This document shows positions 8,456 to 18,399 of a DNA stretch of 44,173 nt, in pieces. The DNA lies in the NCBI GenBank assembly GCA_027592945.1, contig JAQCJP010000003.1:1-44173 (forward strand), written 5' to 3'. Each line of letters starts with the position of its first letter. Position 1 is the first letter of the stretch. Position numbers and translations under genes: made by a program. Below the pieces are notes generated by a model. That model did not search any database. It had not been told where the DNA came from and saw nothing but the letters and a program-made list of their open reading frames with translations. The stretch comes from Planctomycetota bacterium (GTDB taxonomy: Bacteria; Planctomycetota; Planctomycetia; Pirellulales; UBA1268).

Positions 8456-11332
8456 TCAATCAACAAACTCGAACTCGGCCGTGGCCAAAACCGCCTGGGC
8501 AAGCCGCTCCCGCGGTCCGAAGCCGGCGGTCGCCGCGGCGTTCTCTTCGGTCCCGTGGCGTTCATGCTCGGCGTCGAGCCAGGCGACCGCCAGCGAGTGT
8601 TCCGACTCGCTGGGGTCCCGGCTGAGGGCAGTCCGCCAGAGCCCGCGGACAAACGCCGGTTCATCGTTGGCCGCCGCTTCCGACACCCGGGCCGCCAGCC
8701 GGCGAGCAGCCTCCACCACCAGCGGCGCGTTGAGGGCGGCCAGGGCTTGTTGGGGGATGGTTGTCCGCACGCGACGGTGCACCGCCGTGTCGGGGTTGGC
8801 GATGTCGAAGGTCCGCATGATGCCTGGCACCTCCTGGCGATCTAGCCTGGCGTAGAGCGAGCGGGTCGTCATCTGCTCGATCGCCAGCGGGTCGATCCCG
8901 GGCCCGCCGGCTTGCTGCTGCTCGAGCGCCCCCGCCGCGGCACAGAGCGCGTCACGCCAGGACTCCCAGCCGAGCCGCCGCCGATTGGCTCGGGCGAAAA
9001 GCCGATTGTCGGGGTCGGCGGCAGTCAGTTCAGGCCGCAGCGTGCTGGCCTGCCGCCAGGCCCGGCTGGTGACGATCTCCCGATGCAGCCAGCGAAGACT
9101 CCAGCCTCCCTCCTCGACGAAGCGGGAGGCAAGGTCGTCGAGCAGCTCCGGATGGCTCGCTGGGTCTCCGCGGAGGCCGAGGTCATCCGGCGTCGCCACC
9201 AGCCCGCGGCCAAAGTGATGGGTCCAGACCCAGTTGACGATGACGCGAGCCGTGAGCGGATTGGTCGGCGCGACGATGGCCCGGGCGAGTTCCAGCCGGC
9301 CGCTGGCATCGTGATCGACCGGCCTGCCGCCAAGCACCGCCGGCAGCCGCCGGGGCACCACCTCGCCCGGCCGGTCGGCGTTGCCCCGCACCAGGATCGG
9401 GCTGTCGTGCGGACTGGCATCGCGAAGCACCATCGCCCGCGGTGGCCCGCCTGGGGCCTCCGCCTGGTGTCGGGTGATCGCCCGCTTCCGCTTGCGGTGC
9501 TCCGTCCGCTCTTCCCGACGGGCCACCCGCATTGCCTCCTCGGGCAACACCACCAGCGGCTGGCCGGGCTTCAGGAAGGCTCGCTGGATGGCCCGCAGGG
9601 AGGCGGCGTCGGCGGGCTGGGTATCGGTTTCCTCCATGTCAGCGGCCCGCTGAATTAGGCGGGCGTAGACTTCGGCCAGCTGTCGCGGGCCGGTCGGCCG
9701 GGCGGCAAGCAGTTCGGCGCGAACCGCCGCGTTGACACCCGCGCCGGCAGCTCCCTCCCAGTCGGCCAGTCGGCTGGCGACGGCTGTTGCAAAGGCCTCG
9801 TCGGGAAGGCTTCGTACCTCCACCCAGAGCCCGCTGATCGGGTCGACCGGCGAACTACCATCGAGCTTGCGGGTCAGCCGATCGACGAGAAGCTGCTCGA
9901 TCACATAGCCGTCGTCGAGCCGGGGCGGCCGGCCATCGGGCCGGGGCAGCGGCCGGGACGTTTCCATCAGATAGTCGGCGGCATGGGCGATCGCCTCCCG
10001 ACTGGCCCGCTCGTGGACAGCCCGCTCGTGATCAGCGAGCCGCTGCTCGAGCTTTGCCATCTTCCGCGCGAAGGCCTCGGCCTCGGAGCCGGGCGGCGGC
10101 TCACCAATCACGGGCAACTCCTCGGGGACGACGCAGCTGGCGAAGATGCCATGCAGGGCGTAGTAGTCGGCCATCGTGATCGGCTCGTACTTGTGGTCGT
10201 GGCAGCGACTGCAGGCCACGGTCAGCCCCATCAGTCCGCGGGTGACCAGATCGATTCGGTCGTCGATGATGTCATGCTGGTTGCCGAGGAAGGTGCGGCC
10301 CACCGTCAGGAAGCCGAGCGCCGCAAGATCGGCGGGCGGTACCGCCGGCTCGACGAGGTCGGCGGCCAGCTGGAGCGTGACAAACTGATCGTAGGGAACG
10401 TCATCGTGCAGGGCCTGCACGACCCAGTCGCGGTAGGTCCAGGCAAAGGGATACCCGCTGGCCTGGCCATCAAGGGCGTAGCCCATCGTGTCGGCGTAGC
10501 GGGCCAGGTCGAGCCACATCCGGGCCCAGTGCTCGGCGTGTTCGCGGGAGGCGAGGAGCGTCTCGACGAGCTCGCGATAGGCGGCTTCGGAAGGGTCGCG
10601 GCAGAAGGCATCGGCCACCTCGGCCGACGGCGGCACGCCGGTGAGGTCAAAAGAGAGCCGGCGGACCAGCTGCCGGGGCGGGGCCTCGGGCGATGGCACG
10701 AGCCCCGCCGCTGCGATCTTCTCAGCCAGGAAGCGATCGCTGGCGTGGTGGGCCCAGGCTTCCCGGATACCCGCAGGAAACGACCCCGGCACCGCTGGCG
10801 GCTCGTGGCGGACGGGCGGCTGGAAGGCCCAATGGCCAGCCAGGGCCTCCCGGAGCCGAGCCTCCATGTCGGGCGGTCCGACCGCCGAGCCCAGCGGATC
10901 ATCCGCCGCGCCGCTGCCGGTTCCCGTCCAGGGCATTCCCTCGGCCACCCACCGCTCGAGCACCGTCACCTCGGCAGGCTCAAGCGGCTCGTCGGGCGGC
11001 ATCTGCAGGTCGCCGGTGCGGCGAACCGCCGCGATCAGCAGGCTTTGGTCGCTCTCCCCAGCAACCGCGGCAGGCCCCGACTGGCCCCCGGCGATCACGT
11101 TGGGCCGGCTGTCGAGCCGCAGCCCCGCCTCAGACATGGTCGCCCCGTGGCAGTCCTGGCACTTCTCCACCAAGAGCGGCCGAACCCGGTTTTCGAAGAA
11201 GGCCTCATGCTCGGGGGCGGCCGCGACGGGCCCGGCCGGGCTACAGAGCGCAGCGGCGGCTACCAACGGGTGAGCCCATCGGAAGCGTGGTTGCATGCTC
11301 ATTGAAAGACCGTCGGCTTCCCGCCGACTCAC
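8456..11332 (-). CDS. planctomycete cytochrome c domain protein (PSCyt1 + DUF1549/PSCyt2 + DUF1553/PSD1)
   Basis: FFENRVRPLL..CQDCHG, HWAFQPP, WLDLARYADT, CSRCHDHKYEPI, NPLTARVIVNWVW, SHPELLD, PQQAL; signal peptide; start may be 11303 or 11297. Confidence 0.93.
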   Translation of the reverse strand: MSRREADGLSMSMQPRFRWAHPLVAAAALCSPAGPVAAAPEHEAFFENRVRPLLVEKCQDCHGATMSEAGLRLDSRPNVIAGGQSGPAAVAGESDQSLLIAAVRRTGDLQMPPDEPLEPAEVTVLERWVAEGMPWTGTGSGAADDPLGSAVGPPDMEARLREALAGHWAFQPPVRHEPPAVPGSFPAGIREAWAHHASDRFLAEKIAAAGLVPSPEAPPRQLVRRLSFDLTGVPPSAEVADAFCRDPSEAAYRELVETLLASREHAEHWARMWLDLARYADTMGYALDGQASGYPFAWTYRDWVVQALHDDVPYDQFVTLQLAADLVEPAVPPADLAALGFLTVGRTFLGNQHDIIDDRIDLVTRGLMGLTVACSRCHDHKYEPITMADYYALHGIFASCVVPEELPVIGEPPPGSEAEAFARKMAKLEQRLADHERAVHERASREAIAHAADYLMETSRPLPRPDGRPPRLDDGYVIEQLLVDRLTRKLDGSSPVDPISGLWVEVRSLPDEAFATAVASRLADWEGAAGAGVNAAVRAELLAARPTGPRQLAEVYARLIQRAADMEETDTQPADAASLRAIQRAFLKPGQPLVVLPEEAMRVARREERTEHRKRKRAITRHQAEAPGGPPRAMVLRDASPHDSPILVRGNADRPGEVVPRRLPAVLGGRPVDHDASGRLELARAIVAPTNPLTARVIVNWVWTHHFGRGLVATPDDLGLRGDPASHPELLDDLASRFVEEGGWSLRWLHREIVTSRAWRQASTLRPELTAADPDNRLFARANRRRLGWESWRDALCAAAGALEQQQAGGPGIDPLAIEQMTTRSLYARLDRQEVPGIMRTFDIANPDTAVHRRVRTTIPQQALAALNAPLVVEAARRLAARVSEAAANDEPAFVRGLWRTALSRDPSESEHSLAVAWLDAEHERHGTEENAAATAGFGPRERLAQAVLATAEFEFVD

Positions 11333-11472
11333 ATGAGGGGGCTTCGTTGGGTGCTGCCGATTTTACTCGCTGCCGACGCGGGGCTCTCGGCCGGGGGGTT
11401 TTTATGGCGAGGGGACGGGAAGGGGCACGCGGGGGAGCCGGGTCGTATGCTTGGGTTCGTGAGGGCTCCCGA

Positions 11473-12897
11473 ATGATCCACCGATCCGCGTTCTTCACGC
11501 CCGCGGTCTCCCGCCGCCAGGTGCTCGTGCAATCGGGCCTTGGGGTCGGCTGGCTCGGGGCCGCGAGCCTGTTTGCCGATGAGGTCCGCGAGGGTTCCGC
11601 AGCCACGCTCGCGCCGCGGCCGCCCCACTTTCAGCCGCGGGCCAAGGCGGTGATCCACATCTTCGCCAATGGTGGTCCGAGCCATATTGATACGTTCGAT
11701 CCCAAGCCGGCCCTTACGCGATACGCCGGGCGGGAGATTCCCAATGCCCTCACGACCGAGCGGCGGACCGGGGCCGCCTTCCCGTCGCCCTTCGCCTTCC
11801 GGCGGAACGGCGAGAGCGGCCTCGAGGTAAGCGAACTGTTTCCCGCGGTGGCCCGTCATGCCGACCGGCTCTGCGTGATCCGCGGGATGCACGCTGATGT
11901 GCCCAACCACGAGCCCTCGCTGATGCTGATGAACTGCGGCGATGGCCGGCTCGTGCGACCGGCGGCGGGGGCCTGGGTGACCTATGGGCTGGGCACGGAA
12001 AACCAGAACCTGCCCGGCTTCGTGGCGATGTGCCCGGGAGGGTATCCAATCAAGGGTACTGAGAACTGGCGAAGCGCCTTCCTGCCCGGTGCGTTCCAGG
12101 CTACCTACATCGACACGGAGAAGCGACAGGCCGAGGAGTTGGTGGAATACGTCCGTCATCCATTGCTCGATCGCGATACCCAGCGGCGGCAGTTCGACCT
12201 GACCACCAGCCTCGATCGCAGTCACCTGGCCGCCCGCCAACAAGACCCGCTCCTGGAAGCGCGGCTGGCGTCCCTGGAACTCGCCTGGCGAATGCAGGCC
12301 GAGGCGGCCGAGGCCTTCGACATCTCCCGGGAGCCGCGGCACGTGCTGGCGCGATACGGCGGCAACGTTCAGGGGCGACAGTTGCTGATCGCCCGACGGC
12401 TGGTGGAGCGGGGCGTGCGATACGTGCAGATCTGGCACGGCAAGGGGCAGCCCTGGGACAGTCACGAACACATCGAGAAGAACCACCGTCGCCTGGCCCG
12501 GGAGAGCGACCAGGCGATCGCCGCCCTCCTCGACGACCTCGTCGGCCTGGGGCTGCTCGAGAGCACGCTCGTCCTCTGGGGCGGGGAGTTTGGCCGGACG
12601 CCGACCGTCGAACTTCCAAACGACGCCGGGGTCAAGGTGGCCAGCGGCCGCGACCACAACCACCACGGCTTCACCGTCTGGCTGGCTGGTGGCGGCGTCA
12701 AAGGAGGACACGTGCATGGGGCCACCGATGAGTGTGGCTTCAAGGCAGTCGAGGGCCGTGTGCATGTTCATGACCTGCAGGCGACGATGCTCCACCTTCT
12801 CGGCCTTGACCACAAGCGGCTCACCTATCGCCACAGCGGCCGCGACTTCCGGCTGACCGACGTCCACGGACGGGTGGTCCACGAGATCGTCAGCTGA
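11473..12897 (+). CDS. DUF1501 domain protein (Tat-like leader)
   Basis: SRRQVL leader, GGPSHIDTFDPKP, ARRLVERGVRYVQ, WGGEFGRTP, GRDH, HVHDLQATMLHLLG. Confidence 0.93.
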   Translation: MIHRSAFFTPAVSRRQVLVQSGLGVGWLGAASLFADEVREGSAATLAPRPPHFQPRAKAVIHIFANGGPSHIDTFDPKPALTRYAGREIPNALTTERRTGAAFPSPFAFRRNGESGLEVSELFPAVARHADRLCVIRGMHADVPNHEPSLMLMNCGDGRLVRPAAGAWVTYGLGTENQNLPGFVAMCPGGYPIKGTENWRSAFLPGAFQATYIDTEKRQAEELVEYVRHPLLDRDTQRRQFDLTTSLDRSHLAARQQDPLLEARLASLELAWRMQAEAAEAFDISREPRHVLARYGGNVQGRQLLIARRLVERGVRYVQIWHGKGQPWDSHEHIEKNHRRLARESDQAIAALLDDLVGLGLLESTLVLWGGEFGRTPTVELPNDAGVKVASGRDHNHHGFTVWLAGGGVKGGHVHGATDECGFKAVEGRVHVHDLQATMLHLLGLDHKRLTYRHSGRDFRLTDVHGRVVHEIVS

Positions 12898-12907
12898 CGA
12901 CGCTTGA

Positions 12908-14347
12908 TCAGGCGGCCCGGGCCACCTGGTCGGCCGCATCACCGGGAACCGGCAGCCGCACGACACGGGCGGTCGCCTCGCCGGACGACCGCAACTCGTC
13001 CAGCAGGCTCACCACAAACCAGGGGGTGAGCAGGGTGGTCGTCAGCGGTGCTAGCCACACCCCGCGGACGCCCGGAGCGAGCCTTCGGCCGAGCTCGTAA
13101 CTCCCGATGATGGCAATCGCGGCCAGCCAACCGCCGGCCACCACCACCCGGCGGGGAGGCCGGGCCGTTGCGGCCGCCGCCATCACCATCACGAGGGCCG
13201 GCACGATGCAGGCGTAGGTATTGTTCTCCGTGCGTGGCGACAAGAGCAGCAGCAGGGTGATGGTCAGCGTGAAGACGTGGAGCGTTGCCGACCCGGGATC
13301 GAGCCGCCGGAGGGCTTCCCGGCAGCCGAGCACGACGGCCAGGCTGGCGGCCAGTTGCACGGCGAGGCGAACCGGAGCCGGGACGGGATGCCCGGAGACG
13401 TTGAAGATGCCGAACAACGTGGCCCAGGCCTCCTGCCCCTGCATCTGCTGCGAAATCCGAAGCACCTCGAGAAAGCCCGCATTCTGCCGGTGCGCCCAGT
13501 CGGTATCAGTGATCAGGAAGGGCAGCCCGACCAGCAGCAGGCAGCCGGCTGCCAGGGGTGGGATCAGCCGCGGCCGCAGCAGGGCGAGCACCGCCACCAC
13601 CGGCAGCGCCAGAGGCTTCATGAGGATCGCCGCGGTGGCCGCGGCAGCGGCGATGCCATGACGCCGGGCCACGGTGGCGGCGATGGCCGCCACCAGAAAG
13701 GCCAGCATCGGCAGCGTGGCCTGGCCGTTCCGGGCGGCTGGAAAGGCGAGGATCACGCCCATGCCGCTCATGGCCAGAAAGCACGGGCTCCCGACACGTC
13801 GCTCGATCAGTCGGCCAGAGAACCAGAGGGCCAGGGCGAATGCGCCGATCGTGAAGACACGCCAGGCGATCTCGACGGCCGGGCCCGGCGTTGCCGCCAT
13901 CGGCACGAACAGCAGGCCGGAGATCGGCAGGTAGATGAAGCCGCTGCCGGCGCCGTTGTACATGTCTTCGCCGTGCAGCCAGCCATGCCCGCCCACGGCG
14001 TAGGCGCGGGTGACCGACTTCTGGTTGCCCGCCAGTTCGAGGCCGGCGGCCACGACGATCAGCAGGCCCCAGAGCGTCCAGCCGATGAGCTGGTCGTAAC
14101 GCTGCCACCAGGGTGCGACCGCTTTTGGTCGCAGCGCGAGAATCTCCCCGGCCGCCGCTGCGGGTTCGGCCGCACTGCCCAGGGCATGGTTGGAGATGCC
14201 GATCACAGGCTGTTCCAGATGAGAGATGCCGGTTTCATCGTCCACCAAGGAGGGGGATGCCGGCGATGGCACGGTCGGGGCACAAGGTTGCCCCAGATCG
14301 GCCAGGTCACGGCAAGCTGGGAAGGATGCGGGTAGAGTGCTGGGCAT
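12908..14347 (-). CDS. polytopic membrane glycosyltransferase, GT87/DUF2029-like (GT-C)
   Basis: SD GGAGGT before ATG 14347; FIYLP, RNGQAT, MKP, SPRTENNTY motifs; many hydrophobic segments. Confidence 0.75.
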   Translation of the reverse strand: MPSTLPASFPACRDLADLGQPCAPTVPSPASPSLVDDETGISHLEQPVIGISNHALGSAAEPAAAAGEILALRPKAVAPWWQRYDQLIGWTLWGLLIVVAAGLELAGNQKSVTRAYAVGGHGWLHGEDMYNGAGSGFIYLPISGLLFVPMAATPGPAVEIAWRVFTIGAFALALWFSGRLIERRVGSPCFLAMSGMGVILAFPAARNGQATLPMLAFLVAAIAATVARRHGIAAAAATAAILMKPLALPVVAVLALLRPRLIPPLAAGCLLLVGLPFLITDTDWAHRQNAGFLEVLRISQQMQGQEAWATLFGIFNVSGHPVPAPVRLAVQLAASLAVVLGCREALRRLDPGSATLHVFTLTITLLLLLSPRTENNTYACIVPALVMVMAAAATARPPRRVVVAGGWLAAIAIIGSYELGRRLAPGVRGVWLAPLTTTLLTPWFVVSLLDELRSSGEATARVVRLPVPGDAADQVARAA

Positions 14348-14583
14348 GGCACCTCCTGTTCGTCTGCCGCTTCCGCGCCGAGGCCGTGGGAGCCGCCCGC
14401 AGCGGCTGGTGCTGCTCATCGCCGCGGTGGTCTCGGCGGTGGCTGTGGGCAGACGATCATCCGCTGCCGCCTCGCCGTGGCGGGCGGCCCATCCACGCAA
14501 CGGAGGCGAACGAGCAGACTGACGGCGGCCCCGGCGGGTCCCACTTCCCCGCCTGGGCTGCGGTGGTTTACTGTCAGGGTCGT

Positions 14584-15846
14584 ATGAAGCATCCCCGCGA
14601 CATCGTCATTACCGGCCTCGGGGTCGTCAGCCCGATCGGGATCGGCTCCGAACCCTTCTGGGAGGCGCTCGCCGCCGGCCAGAGCGGGATTCGGCCGGTC
14701 GATCTCTTCGACGCCAGTTCCTTGCGGGTCAGGTTCGGCGGCCAGATCACCGGTTTCGACCCCAAGCAGTACGTGCGGCCGCGGAAGAGCCTCAAGGTCA
14801 TGAGTCGCGAAATCCAGCTCGGCTTCGCGGCGGCCGATCTGGCGATGGCCGAGGCGGGGATCGCCGCCGGCAGCGTCGATCCGGAACGGTTCGGCGTCGT
14901 GTTCGGCAGCGACATGATCTACGCCGACCTGGAGGATCTCGAGCAGACCTACCGCCGCTCCTCGCGCGACGGCCAGTTCGACTTCCTGCTCTGGTCGGAG
15001 GCGATCCACGAGGAACTCCATCCGCTCTGGCTGCTCAAGCATCTCCCCAACATGGCCGCCTCCCACATCGCCATCGCCCACGACGCCCGTGGCCCCAACA
15101 ACTCGATCGTGCTCGGCGATGTCTCGGGGCTGCTGGCCATCGCCGAGGCGGCCAGCGTCATCGGCCGCGGCTGGGCCGACGTGATGCTCGCCGGCGGCAC
15201 CGGCTGCCGACTCCATCCGACGGCCCTGGTGGCTCGGGGCGATGCGCTCCTCTCCCACCGAGCCGATGACTTCCGGGCAGCCTGCCGGCCCTTCGATCGC
15301 GACCGGGACGGACTGGTCAACGGCGAGGGCGCGGGAACGCTCGTGCTGGAGGCCCGCGAACATGCCGAGCGGCGGGGTGCGAGGATTCGCGGGGAACTGC
15401 TGGCCACCGCCGCTCGCTGCGAACCGGGAGCCCATCACCGGGGCCTGACCGGCAGCTCGGTGCGGCAGGCGATTCAGGCGGCCTGCCAGGCCGCCGGGCT
15501 CGACGCCAAGAGCGTGGGGCACGTCAACGCCCACGGTGTCAGCACCGTCGAGATGGATCGGGTCGAGGCAAAGGCGATCGCCGCCGAACTCGGCGACGTG
15601 CCTGTGACCGCTCCCAAGAGTAGCTTCGGGCACCTCGGGGCCGGCGGCGGGACCGTGGAGCTGGCCGCCAGCCTGCTGGGACTCGAGCGGGGCCTGGTGC
15701 CTGCGACGCTCAACTACGAGAATCCTGACCCCGAGTGCCCCGTCAACGTGGTCCATGGCGAGCCGCTGGCCGGCCGCCCCGCGACGGTGGTGAAAGTCAA
15801 CCTCTCCACGACTGGTCAGGCAGTGGCGGTCGTGGTGAAGACCTGA
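14584..15846 (+). CDS. FabF-like beta-ketoacyl-ACP synthase family protein lacking the catalytic Cys
   Basis: IVITGLGVVSPIG, CRPFDRDRDG, GEGAG, VNAHG, KSSFGH; Cys position reads RGPNNSIVLG-D-VSG. Confidence 0.9.
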   Translation: MKHPRDIVITGLGVVSPIGIGSEPFWEALAAGQSGIRPVDLFDASSLRVRFGGQITGFDPKQYVRPRKSLKVMSREIQLGFAAADLAMAEAGIAAGSVDPERFGVVFGSDMIYADLEDLEQTYRRSSRDGQFDFLLWSEAIHEELHPLWLLKHLPNMAASHIAIAHDARGPNNSIVLGDVSGLLAIAEAASVIGRGWADVMLAGGTGCRLHPTALVARGDALLSHRADDFRAACRPFDRDRDGLVNGEGAGTLVLEAREHAERRGARIRGELLATAARCEPGAHHRGLTGSSVRQAIQAACQAAGLDAKSVGHVNAHGVSTVEMDRVEAKAIAAELGDVPVTAPKSSFGHLGAGGGTVELAASLLGLERGLVPATLNYENPDPECPVNVVHGEPLAGRPATVVKVNLSTTGQAVAVVVKT

Positions 15847-15860
15847 GGCAGGCGGCGGCC

Positions 15861-17243
15861 CTACCAGCTCCCGTAGAAGCCAAAGGAGACACCGTTGTAG
15901 AAGGTCTGGCCGCCAACATCGATCGCGTTGTTGTCGCGGTTGTCCAGGTTGAACTGCCGCGTGGCGGTCGCCATGCCGGCAACCCAGAGGAAGTCGTAGC
16001 CGATCTGGAGCGAGAAGTTGGGGTTGATCTGCCAGCCGGCAAAGATGGTCAGGTCGCCGATGAAGCCGGCACCGGTTCGGGTCGCTTCGTCGCTGAAGCT
16101 GTAGGGGCCCTGCTGGCCGACGGGCTGTCCGGTGTTATTGATGCCGAGGGCCGATTGGGAGGTGCTTGCAAAGCTGAGGGCGGGCGCGGCCCGGCCTCGC
16201 AGGCCCCAGTAGTAGAACTCATTTTGACTGATGAGTTCGCTGCCGAGGTTGAGGCCCAACAGCCAGTTGGCGGCGCTGATATCGTAGCGGCCGCTGAAAT
16301 CACTCGTCGGGACACCCGGCCGGTCGCTGGTCAGCGAGAAGTCTTCGTTCACGTTGGCCAGCCGCACACCGAGAATCAGTGACGGCAGCCAGCCCCGTTC
16401 GGCGTGCCGGGTCCACTCCCCGTTCGGTCCCATGATCAACTGGTCGCGGCCCAGCCGGCGGCGGAGCTTGTAGTTCCATTCCCAGCTGTTGAAGTCGGAG
16501 TTGAAGGTGGTCTCGTAGCGGCCGGCGGCATTGAAGCCGGGAGCGCCGTAGAACAGCGGGGTCCAGAGCGTGTTGCCCCCGACACCGTTCCAGCCGTCGA
16601 CATCCTCGTAGCTCATGCCGCCGTAGTAGATGAACTCGATGGAGCGATCCCGGTCGAGGTAGTCGCGGCCGAGTGACTTGCCGATCGTCGCCCGGGCACC
16701 AGGGGCGACGTTGAAGGGCTGAGCGAAGGTGGTATAGGTGACAGTGCCGGTGACGATGTCGGCCGCGATCAGCGTCCGATTGTTGCGGCTGCGATCTATC
16801 CAGAGGCTCTCACCTCCGACATACCAGCCCCCGCTCCAAAACCAGCGTCCCGAGGAGGCCTCGAAGGGCATCTCGTCGAGGGCCCCGTCGTCGATCAGCA
16901 TCCCGTCGAAGGCGGAAACATCCATCAGGGCGGGGCCTTGGACAACCGCGTCGTCCATGTCGAGGGCCGCGGGGGCGGGCAAGGGCTCGGCGAGTGTCGG
17001 TTCCAGGGCCATCCCGGCGGCGGTCTCGGCAGCCGCGGGGAGATCGGGATCGAGCACGAGGGTCTCGGTGTAGGCCACTGGCTCGAGGGGTTCCTCGGAC
17101 GACTCGGTGGCGACGGCGGCCGGTTCCGGCGCGATGTGGGCGGCAGGCTCGGCCAGTTCGTCGGCCCGTGCCGCCGGGCAGGCGGTGAGGGCCAGAAGGG
17201 TGACGAGCGTCCGCAGGATCCAGGTCTTGAGTGAGGCGGTCAC
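15861..17243 (-). CDS. outer-membrane beta-barrel protein (BBP7-like) with acidic Pro/Ala-rich N-terminus
   Basis: Signal peptide ...CPAARA; alternating aromatic strands; ends YNGVSFGFYGSW; start GTG 17243 or TTG 17282. Confidence 0.75.
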   Translation of the reverse strand: MTASLKTWILRTLVTLLALTACPAARADELAEPAAHIAPEPAAVATESSEEPLEPVAYTETLVLDPDLPAAAETAAGMALEPTLAEPLPAPAALDMDDAVVQGPALMDVSAFDGMLIDDGALDEMPFEASSGRWFWSGGWYVGGESLWIDRSRNNRTLIAADIVTGTVTYTTFAQPFNVAPGARATIGKSLGRDYLDRDRSIEFIYYGGMSYEDVDGWNGVGGNTLWTPLFYGAPGFNAAGRYETTFNSDFNSWEWNYKLRRRLGRDQLIMGPNGEWTRHAERGWLPSLILGVRLANVNEDFSLTSDRPGVPTSDFSGRYDISAANWLLGLNLGSELISQNEFYYWGLRGRAAPALSFASTSQSALGINNTGQPVGQQGPYSFSDEATRTGAGFIGDLTIFAGWQINPNFSLQIGYDFLWVAGMATATRQFNLDNRDNNAIDVGGQTFYNGVSFGFYGSW

Positions 17244-17580
17244 TGTCGGAGCATCCCAGGAGGTCGAGGAGACGCCGGGCAATCCCGCGGCGCCGGCAAT
17301 GTCATCGTCATCGGCACGACCGTTTCCCCAGGAATTTTCGGCAGGATCGACGTGACTTGCCCCAGGCCCCCCAGCTTCTCAGGTCGGGGCGGCAGGGCGG
17401 CGGACCCGGCATCGTTGGAAAACGCCTCACAATCGACCGCCGGACGCTCGGGCTGCAGGCGAGAAGGGAGATTGATCGATCTCCGAGTAGCCGCGGTGGT
17501 CTGCAACCGTCGGCCAATGACCGGCTGGCTCGGACACGACGAGATGGAGCGGCCGGGGGATCACCGCCCCGGGCGAGACG

Positions 17581-17850
17581 ATGGGCATCAATCGAAATCA
17601 TCTGATCCTGGGCGGACTGCTGCTGTTCTTCCTGGGCGTCCAGTTCCGCGTGGTCGAATCCTTCACGCTCAGCGAGCGTTCAAGCAGCTTCGTGGCCACG
17701 CGTCTCGGGGCAGGCCCGACGGCGCAGCTCGCCTCCTGGCAGGCCCCGCCGCTTCGCAAGGTCGTCGAACCGCCCCGCTGGCTAGGGCTGGCGCTGATGA
17801 GCGTCGGAGCGGTCCTGACAATCAAGAGTCTTTCGACGAAGGGGGGGTGA
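17581..17850 (+). CDS. small two-TM membrane protein
   Basis: Hydrophobic helices at both ends (LILGGLLLFFLG; PPRWLGLALMSVGAVL). Confidence 0.75.
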   Translation: MGINRNHLILGGLLLFFLGVQFRVVESFTLSERSSSFVATRLGAGPTAQLASWQAPPLRKVVEPPRWLGLALMSVGAVLTIKSLSTKGG

Positions 17851-18313
17851 CCGGGCCGCCGGCCCCGTCTGCCTCATCCTCGTCGACAATCTCAATCTGA
17901 GTCGGGCTCTCGACCACGATCTGGGCCTTGCCCGCGTGTTCCTCGATTACGCCACGGACGCGGACCTTCAGTTCGAGGTATTCCAGTGCCGGGTTCTCGA
18001 TGCCCTCAGCGGCAAACCGGGCCAGCCCGGCGCGAAAGATCACCGCCGTGAAGTTGCTGCTCTCCCGGTGATCGCGCAGGGAGTTGAGGAAGCAGATTCC
18101 CTTGTCGTCGAGCTTCCGGCCGGCCTTGACAGTGAACTCGACGATGCACTCCTCGCCGATGTGCTCGATGGCCGCCGCGGCCGAAATAACCTCGGCTGCC
18201 CCAGCCTCTGACGGGCCAGCATCGGTGACTGCCGCGTCGTCACCGCGACCGGTCGCACATGCGATCGTGAGACTGAGGGTGCAGGCCATCAGCAGCAGGC
18301 GAGCAGGCGGCAT
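17822..18313 (-). CDS. exported OB-fold protein
   Basis: SD GGAGGA; signal peptide; HIGEECIVEFTV...FLNS...FTAVIF...VRVRGVI...QIVV OB-fold-like pattern. Confidence 0.7.
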   Translation of the reverse strand: MPPARLLLMACTLSLTIACATGRGDDAAVTDAGPSEAGAAEVISAAAAIEHIGEECIVEFTVKAGRKLDDKGICFLNSLRDHRESSNFTAVIFRAGLARFAAEGIENPALEYLELKVRVRGVIEEHAGKAQIVVESPTQIEIVDEDEADGAGGPVTPPSSKDS

Positions 18314-18399
18314 GGGATCCTCCACAGGGGGCGGGGGGCACGTGTCGAGAGGATACCGCACGGCCGGAACCGAGGCGAACGGCCGCCCCCGGCCCGCCT

